A stretch of DNA of 64,000 nt from positions 1,641,000 through 1,704,999 of the forward strand of contig CM082587.2 in the NCBI GenBank assembly GCA_040954595.2, given 5' to 3'. Every line of letters begins with the position of its first letter. Position 1 is the stretch's first letter. This DNA is from Balanoglossus misakiensis (lineage: Eukaryota; Animalia; Hemichordata). A program made the position numbers and the translations under genes. Below, in pieces: positions 54,930 through 64,000 of this stretch. Below the pieces are notes generated by a model. The model was not told the DNA's origin. It made no database searches and saw only the letters and a program-made list of their open reading frames with translations.

Positions 54930-56440
54930 TGTAACTGTTACCACAGATCTGTAAAAAGGTACAAAAATGTAGTCTGACTATAAAATAGTAAAGGAAACAT
55001 TGTGAATTGTGCCCTGTGTATTGACGCCTAACAATACACATTTCTGCATTCCTCTTGAGTAAAAATTTCTTTTGTATTTGTTGTTCAAAAAAAATATCTC
55101 TCGGAATTATTGTCCGCAGCAAAGGCTTCAGCGTCCGTATCCCAAAGAACTCAATCGAAGAATCAGTTTTTACTACCAGCAAAAGACGGTGAAAAAAAGA
55201 CGACGCACCTACCTGCCCCGATAGAAAAGTGAACTGTGGTCTCAACGTACCGAGTCTTTCACTAATCCTGGAAACGCCCCTTTATGTATAATGAACTATC
55301 TGAAATCGAATTTTGTTTCGTGTCTGGTTTTTCGACTTAATAAGTGAGCATGATTTTCTTGTGATATGAAACTCAAACAGTGATGTTAAGATACCAGGCA
55401 GTTACAGACTGTTGGCATAGAGTCTCAATTTCGACTTGGCCTTTTTTGTGCTTTAACGGATAAACTTTTCTCAGGCCGTATGCATGGAGATTATGTGGCG
55501 TTGAATAGATACGTGTTATGGAAAGTAAAAGTGTGATAAAACAAACTGAATGAGTATGGGAAACTAAAGTTTACCTTAGTGTGGCCAGTCGAGTGAAATC
55601 CGAAGCAGTCATCTCATATACCTCTGTGGACATCCTATAATGCGATGCTCGGCAGCTGACGCCGTTTCAATAATGTGAAGTGATCAGATTTTGCAAAGTC
55701 GACATTTAATCCCCCAAAATAAAATGCATGTAACAAAAGATGGAATATATAAAACATAACTCCAAGACAATATGGGATTTTAAATGAAAAATGGAATGCG
55801 CGTGATGATGTGTGATCTGGTCATGGGTGCCGTACGCGAACATCGGGAGCTGTTTAACTTCGAAACCTTTAACCCTGACAGGTTAAAACGTTTGCACTTT
55901 GTGTAAATGCGAGATCCTCTGTCAAATTACATGTCATATTATCCATTCCATCAGTTGTTACAGACAAATTTGTGTCAAGAAGAATCGTTCTGGTTTCCAT
56001 TGCAATATTGCACCGTTACCATCGAAATCAATAACACCATGTATTTTAATCTTCCTACGATGGTGCTTGTCGCTGCACATTACTCACGGCGCATTAATTA
56101 AAGACCCTGTGTGACATGTGTCAGCTTGGCCTTTAAGCCTCTTCAGAGTGCGCCACCAGCGATGGTTTTGACAGTCAAAGTGTCTTGGATATCAGTTCTG
56201 CTACAGATAACAAAAAACACAAACAGTATATCTAGGTTTCAACACCCGTTTATTTGTCACAAGTATATGACTGATAATTGTGCAAATATTTACCATGAAG
56301 TAAACTGTCCAAAGCATAAAAGTAAGAAATTAAAGCAAAGGATTGTGGAGAAGAAATGGCTCAATGATATCTGGCTATTCCTTTCCTAGAAGATTCTTGA
56401 AGAGTTCGACTGTGTCTTGGGTAGACGAGCTTAACGCCCT

Positions 56441-57280
56441 CTACGTCCATGATGTGACCATAAAAGATACCAAGGAAAGGAGGAAGATGAGGAGCATCGA
56501 ACACGAAGTGAAACCAGCTGAAGACACGCGACCTTTAAAAAAGTAAAACACGAAGATGATTTAATGTAAACAGGGAATGAAACATTTGTGAGTTCATGGA
56601 ATTCTTGGAGAATGTAAAAGAAAATGGGAATACACAACTTACAGTCCCGGAATCCTGCTCCCAACGGTGGCTGGGCAACCAGAGCCAAACATTTGAAGTT
56701 GTTACTGGTGTCGTTAGCGATGCTGCCATCTGTGATTTCCAGCACAGCACACAGGTGTGAGAATTTGGTGCAGTTCGCTTCTGGCATGGAGACATTGGCA
56801 GCAAAAGCAATCACTCTTGGGGGACTCGGAGGAGTTTCTGAAGATCCTGGATAGTCCCCCTTCAACTTGTCAAGGTCATCATCATGGACCTGGACTCCAA
56901 TTCCCCTGTGTGGTGACTTATAAGTCGCCAGGTTCAAGTTGTCGTTGTTAAGGAAGACCAGTGTGGGACGAAAGTGGTCGTTTTCACTGCTAGCGATATT
57001 GACGTCACCGATGTTCTTTACCATGATGGTTGCGTTGATCATGACATCTGCACCGATACCGTAGCTGACGACAGCCGGTTCTGTCACCTCGAATGATTTC
57101 ACTTCCAGATCTGGTCAAATGGGAAAAAAAGAAGATGTGCTATGGGCCTGGTGTCTACTTCACTCGTGGAAATTGTACATCAAAAGAGTTTTCGGCATGC
57201 GGCACCCAGAAAAAGAATTATCAGAGGGTTTCCGGGACGGACTCCAAAAGAAAAACAATCAGAACACATCGTCGGTGACT

Positions 57281-57336
<56 letters not shown>

Positions 57337-57522
57337 GTGACATAATTAGACAAAACTACAGTAAGCAGACAAAGTGGGCCAATTCCGTTCAAATGAACAG
57401 CATCAACCAAGCAATATTCATTATTCTCACTCACCAGCTTGGCCTTGTGCGGAACCCACCAACACAGACAAAATACAGACAAACAAAACAGCTACCATTG
57501 TATGCGCGTTCATCTCCTCCAT
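56441..57522 (-). CDS. Secreted/GPI-anchored protein with one CARDB-like domain (family member C)
   Basis: Exons 57435-57522 (signal peptide ..MVAVLFVCILSVLVGSAQG), 56643-57110 (DLEVKSF..VKNIG..C.KFSHLCA..NDTSNNFKCL..GAGFRD), 56441-56532 (CRVSSAGFTSCSMLLIFLLSLVSFMVTSWT*). Confidence 0.78.
57283..57332. repeat. (GA)25 microsatellite, intronic
   Basis: Directly visible. Confidence 0.97.
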
Positions 57523-59031
57523 ACGGGTGATTCTCATCACCACACCCTGAATCTCCAGGATTTTTCGTCACTCGCAATTACCACCCCTACGGCAGTATTA
57601 GAGACCAAAATTTGTTAAATATGGTACTGATTAATTTGTGATATTAATTACATAATACATAGCCTCGCATAGTCACTATAATAGGCCACAAACAAAACAA
57701 TCGTGAATACCTAATTAACAGCACCAGTAACAGATGTTGTAACCAAAATATCATTATTCACTACGTGTTGAATACAAATGGTGTACACAATGCGTGGTAC
57801 TTTCATCTAAATTTAGCATTCATCATATAGATGAAACATGTTTATTGTATTTTTTTGTCTTTCTTTGACACGTGGTGGCGGCATAGCCAAACGTCACACT
57901 GAATATTGCTGGTAGGACTAGGGGTATACATACCACCATTGGGGGCCATGAGTGGATGAGACTTTGAGACTAAATGCACTGAAAAATAACCTCACAACAC
58001 AATCTTTGTTTTCATTTTCATTGGGAGTGATTTTATTCAAGCAGGATCTTCGCTGGAACTCACCGTAAACTCAAGTACCCTTTTTAAATAGTGACTTACG
58101 CATTATACAAAACAAATGATCTTAGAAAAAAATCATAAAACACTACAATGATGTACTCTAGAATGAATGTACTGTCTGCAAAAATGTTACATATTTACAA
58201 TCCATATTTTAACTCAATTATAGGGATTTTTTAAATTCTGTATGATTCTGAGGTCTGTTCCTGCTTAGAAATCCATGATGATGTACTTGCATATGCAAAT
58301 TTTCTGTGTCATGCTCCATGGCCTCATTTGCATACTTTATGATGACCTGATTTGCATAAGCCCAGGCCTGCAGATCATACAGAAATGACTATTCCCCTCA
58401 AAAATATTGATATGTACAAGTACTGTTGTTATCCTTTTCCCGTATGATTTATTTATCTGATATGAAATATTTAATAAGATTGTCCAAATGTGGTTTTCTT
58501 GTACTCCAAAGTAGTTTGTGACTATTTGTAATCAGCGCAAAATGCAAGTACTCCTAAAGAGTTATGTTATAAAATATTTACAAAGAAAACAAACACAAAT
58601 ATCACAAATATACTTAGCTATATCATAAGATAAACTCTGAGATTCAAAAACAAAATAAAATATTAACCCCTACCAATGTTTATGTTTTAAAACATTATGG
58701 TTGAGGCTTACACTCTAAACTCTAAAAAGTTGTGAAACTGTTGGATAGAAGTTGTACAAAATTACTGATATTGATGACTGCGTAACTTCACTGGACGGCA
58801 TCAAATATTTGAACTTTCAGATGTAGAACGTTATACACAGCCATGTGAGACAATGTATGTAAATTTCGTTGTGACTATTGATCACTCATCTTCCACAGGT
58901 GACCATGTCATATCAAACTTAGTACTTTTTAGGGGACACCTTCTCAGAAACCATGATTGAGTTAAGTGAAATTGTCTACAGATCTCTCTCTCTCTTCCTT
59001 TGCTACAAGTACAACCAAATGATGGTTTTTT

Positions 59032-62000
59032 CTATGGTACATCGCCCTCTTCTCTGGTCACCCTAGTACTGTGCGGTCTCTTCGGTTTTAATTTCTTCTT
59101 CTTGCCAACTTTCTTCTTTTTCCGCGCCCGTGCCTGCATGGCAGCTGCCAACATTCTGGCTTCATGCTCTTCCTGTTCGATCATCCTCACATTGGCCTTT
59201 TCTGTAAGACACACAAATATATTAAATGTATCAATTACATGTAATATATTAACTGTAGTAATATGCCATGACCTTTAACCCTAGCAATATGACCTGACAG
59301 GAAACAAAGAAGGCTTGAAGGGATTGCAACTGTTATGGGTATACACTACCAGTACTTACCAAGAGCCTTTTCAGCAAGTTTGTATTTCTGGAACACCTCA
59401 CCTAGCCATTCTTCTGGGTGACTCAGCAACCTGTGATCAAATATCAAAGCGTTCAATCAAACATGCAGATGATGGATACTGTGTGCCAAAATCCTATACA
59501 TATCGTAAAATGGGGGACTTAAAGTAAACTTTGTGTCTTAGTGCAGGAGGGATTTAATGATGTGAAGTATGGTGTCATCTTGTGCATAGTTTGAATATTG
59601 TCTTGTTGGACACATTTTACAGGTAAAGCTGGTGACTTACGCATTGGCACTGCTTGGTGGTAGTTGTGTGATACATTCAGTGTAACCTTTCTCTCGAGGT
59701 GGCATCAAACCCCTGTAGAAATACACAAATGTCAGATGACAAACCCTTTCAGGTCAATTTTCCACTATGCATGTGTCGAGGCAATCTGTCAAATCAATCA
59801 TATTGTATCAACATATATATCAACAGTTTTAGTTTTGTACTCACCGTTTTAGAGTATGTACAGAGACATTGACACCTTTCTCTTGCAAAGCCTCATGAAG
59901 ATTCTGCATTTCTATTTCATCAGCATCATCCATTATCTGGAGGTTAAAGGTCAGAGTTCACATCAACATCATCCATGATATTCTCATTGACTACAAAGAC
60001 CAACATTTAAGAACCACCGCATGCTTACCATGGCTTCATTGGTCTCATAAACCCACACCTTAGGTTTCTTCTTCTTCTCTTCCTTCTGTTTTCCGAGATA
60101 CGGTCTGCTGATGACGGCTTCTGGCTCTGGAACTGGAAGATCATCACGAGATTACACGATGATGGTTTGACAACGATGGTGTGAGTTACAAGACAAGTTT
60201 GGAAGTCAGCTGTAGTCAGTTCAGAGGCAACTTTCACCCGCCAGTTCCCTCAATGCTTTGAGGATCTTGCATACTTACCAACTTGGGCGACTGCTTTTTC
60301 TTTAAACAAAGTGCCATCCTTCAGTGCTTTCACAGCTTCTTTGTTTCTTTTGTGTTCTGCGTAACTGTGGAAACACACAATAATCAAGATTGGACTCAAC
60401 TTGTCTATCAATCATGATCTGAGATACACTGACCACTCACAAAATGATTTTCATGGGATACAATTTCCTGACAATAGAACATAACTGCTTACCTTACTTT
60501 GGATGGAACAACAACTTGACTGACTTGGTTACACTTTGTATTCTGTTGGCAAGAGTACAATATACACATGTCAATAAAAAGCTGGAAAAAGATTCTACAC
60601 AAATGAGAAGCACAAAGAAAGTGTCATAACTCACTGTGCTGGTGGTTGCTGATTTTGGACGATGTTTAATTTTTCTGGGACTGTGTGGTCGTCTACCACC
60701 GTCATGTACTCTCCTGTGAGGGGCTGAGAAGGGTCTCACGGAGAGTTTGACAGGGCTCTGAAATGAAAGCAGAATGAAGGATACACTGTTTAACTCCATG
60801 GGCCATGTGTTGTTTGTCAAGTGTCCTGTGTCTCCAACAGAAATTGCATAGCCATGTGGGATCATGCGGGGTCACTGAGTCACAGTGATACTTACAGGCT
60901 TTATTGCCTTATGTTCACCATCGCCAGCTTCTTTCAAATCATCCTTGTTTTCAACTTCATCATCGACTGGCTTTGGAAGATCAGGCCTCTGTTCCATCCT
61001 TGAAGTGGGTCTTGATGGAGGTCGTGATACAACCTACAAATGTCAGAGAATTTGTTTTACATTTTGAAGAGACTTATTATATATGTTGAGTAGGAGGAGC
61101 TGAAGTGAATATGTGACAATACCTTTTTGGCACTCTGCGGTCTTCGGATGCCACTGTGCGACTTCTGCATCGATTCTCCCTCACTGTCTTCATGATCGCT
61201 TTTCCAACCAATAGTCGCGATTGTCTTCGTCTCCTTGATTTCTGTATCCCCAAATTCAATTGTTTTGATTGTTTTGAATTTCTGTGAATGTCTGGTTGAG
61301 TCCTGCAGGTTGCTCTTCTTCCCTACTTTGGTTTCCATGGCGATTTCATAGTAGTTTCTTGTTGCTGAGTGGCTGGTTGATTTTTGGTACCCAAAGATTG
61401 ATGTTTTCATAACATCCTCTGTTTTCACAAAATCATCATTTTCTTTCTCTTTTTCATCTTCGTTATCTGAAATTGAAATGTGTGCCATCATTGTTTCTAC
61501 TTCCTTCTTCTTTCTTGTTCTCCTCGGTTTTTCTGTCATCACCGCCTCACTCCGAGTACTGCCTTCAAGTTGATCTCTGTTCCCCGCTCCATCTTGTCCA
61601 GTCTCCTCTTTCTCATCTGCATCACCGTAGTCAACGGATACAGTGGATGTTGCAAGTCTGGCCTTGGCTGACACTGGTCGTCTCCTGACAGACGGATGCG
61701 ATGTCCTTATATGGGACCTTGGTGAGTTAGCAGTGTCCCCTGACCCTCTGGAATCAACATCTTTCACTGCTGTGGCAGATTTAGGTCTGTGTCTTGTCAT
61801 CCTACTGTGTCTTCTCGGACTCCTTGGAGTGATATCCACGGTGATGTTCCTGTCTTCAGCGATTGTGACCGTTGCCCGGGTTACCGGTCTGCCACTGACC
61901 ACTCCGTCGAGAGATCGACTTGACAGTGTGATGTCAGTGTATTTGTTTTGATCATCACGAGGGCTGCCCAGTTCCGAGCCATTATCATGTACGACACTTT

Positions 62001-64000
62001 CAACTTCAAGGTCATCAGTTACTGTCCCGCCATTCAGAAGCCTATGTCCAACAAAGAACAAGAACAATAACGTAAACATCAAATTTTCTGTGTCATTGCT
62101 GCATGTTGTCATAAGAGCTACAGCTACAGTCATTTTGACGAGGACCTATTGATGTCAAGTAACAGACTCTCACCTGGCTGTGTCCAAGTCATCTTCATCG
62201 GAGCTGTCTTTTCCAGTTGGAATGGAAAATGTGACAGGTTCTGGAGTTGGTCGACGCAACAGCAGTGTTCTGGGTGACTGCAAGAATGGAAGAACAGATC
62301 CAACAATCAAGCAAGCTGCCCATTTAAACTAGTGATTGAAATTGCAGTAAGTCTACTCTAAAGATGAGTGCATGAATATACCTTTTAATCATTTCATGAA
62401 AAGATAAACTGAAGTAGAATTCCTGATTCAGAATATACGATATAAATGTGGATTTCTGACCTGTTTTACATTGATTTCTTTGTACGAATGTGATCCTTGT
62501 TTCTTCTTGTGCTCATCACCGTCACTACCATGATCATCATCATCATCACCGCCGTCAATATTCAGATTAATCCTAAGCTCTTCACGGCTGGGTTTTCCAT
62601 TCCTTCTCTCTTCCACAACATTCTCATCACTTGTTTCACCCTCTCCGTTGATCATCCTGGCAATATCCGGGGAGGCACAGGGAGGAGGGGGAGGTGGACT
62701 GACTGCTTCTTCTTTGGCATAAGCTGCCGACAGCTTGGCTGGATTTAAACAGAAATGTTGAATGTGTCACTACGATCAAAGTTTTTGTGCACGTAATTCT
62801 TCATTCGAACTGTACAATTGACTTTATTGTATTCAACAAGACTTACCCAAGTTGTGAACATTTGCGTTTGGTTGACTGTTAACAAATTCCTCCAGTGTGT
62901 TTTCAATTCTCTCTTTGCTCATCTGATCGAGGTCTTCGTGTGTGTGGCCCACTGCGACACCACCACTTGGAACGCTGAACTGAGGGGCTCCGCTGGGAGG
63001 TCGTGACCTGGGATCATACCGTTCCCCTTTGACTGAAGCAAACATATGTAGTAATGGGTTAAAGTTAAACAACACAGTGAAGGGTGGAAGGGAGGAGAGG
63101 GGTGAAAGGGTTAAAACACTTTCCTAAAGACACTTACCAACAATTGGTATTCCATGTTGCTCTACTGGTACTGCATGCTCAGTGGCCACTGGTTTTCTCT
63201 GAGAACTCGGACTTTGTGGTACTTTTCGGCCACTCCATGGTCGTCTGCTGACCTTGGCACTCTCTGGTCTCTGTAACCTTTCACCTTGTTGCCGTATGAG
63301 CTCAGGGATCGAACTATTGCTACCCCTATAGGATGACAAATACTGCATTATTGTTTCTTGGTCTTTGTATACATTATTGAGCAATAATTTAAAACCAATT
63401 GTGTTGCTATGTTAGTGAAACTGGATAGCACACACTATATCCACCATCCTAGAACTCACCATGCTGTTTTCTGATAACTCAATCTAGACAGCGGTGGCTC
63501 TGTATCTATTTCAACAAAGCTTTTCTTTTTTCGGTAGACATTGGCACTTCTAGTTCTTGGTTTGGGTTTCAGACTCCTAGCGTCTGCCACCGTATTGCTG
63601 AGATTGTAAACTGAAGCCTTGACTTGGTCTAGTTTGGTCAGAGACACACTGGACGCACTCAACCAGTCCTGAAAATTCCAAATTAAAAAGAAATATTTAC
63701 ACTTGATTTCCTTTCTCTAAAAAATAAAATAAAATATTTCTTATTATTTGACATCAATAGGTCCCACAGTATAATAAGTTAAAATAAAGTTTATAATAGC
63801 AGGATTTTTAATAATATATATATGACTTATAATTGCAGTAAACTAAATTTAGAGGGCTAGGGTTTTCATGACCACCAAGCCTTGTTTTCACAAGTAGCAA
63901 CCCTTGCAGTGGATTGCAATGTCAACACAAGCGTCTTAAGTTACTTAGTTACACTCTTTAAAGTGGAGCTATTGGGAAGTGGAGTTGCTAGGATCAGGTT
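59032..64000 (-). CDS. Large uncharacterised, low-complexity RPxS-rich protein, multi-exon; 5' end lies beyond the window
   Basis: Phase-compatible exons from 63953-64000 through 63460-63668, a ~0.9-kb exon at ~61100-62040 and several small exons, to the last exon ..ARARKKKKVGKKKKLKPKRPHST..* (stop 59032). Confidence 0.75.

Noticed and set aside
58269-58355. Box C/D snoRNA (ATGATGA...CTGA)
   Set aside because: Weak terminal stem, no recognisable rRNA/snRNA guide, and not inside a same-strand intron
60776-60790. U12-type donor GTATCCTT on the minus strand
   Set aside because: It lies in the pyrimidine tract near the 3' end of a normal GT-AG intron, not at an exon boundary

Overview
Gene-dense, AT-rich eukaryotic (animal) genomic DNA with many ~100-bp GT-AG introns. 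Gene content suggests a marine invertebrate, possibly a deuterostome such as a hemichordate (inference only). By manual exon stitching I find, in order: an STKLD1-like kinase+ARM gene (+), an intronless sulfotransferase (+), a signal peptide/CARDB-like/GPI-tail gene (+), ITPA (+, with a CR1-type LINE fragment in an intron), a torsin (-), CEP350 (+), WDR31 (-), a spinster-like MFS transporter (+), ASS1 (-), a second intronless sulfotransferase (+), two more CARDB-like GPI-tail genes (-), and a large uncharacterised RPxS-rich gene (-) that runs off the window end. The best candidate for an undescribed system is the family of three small cell-surface proteins. They are built from exon-modular, cysteine-bearing domains that resemble bacterial CARDB, and both of their loci lie next to an intronless sulfotransferase. 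Other observations include a catalytically intact orthologue of a human pseudokinase, a 9-nt microexon, a KDEL-like torsin tail, antisense 3' overlaps, amino-acid-response elements at ASS1, and apparent synteny with the human 9q/1q25 paralogon. All homology calls are from motif recognition; no searches were run.
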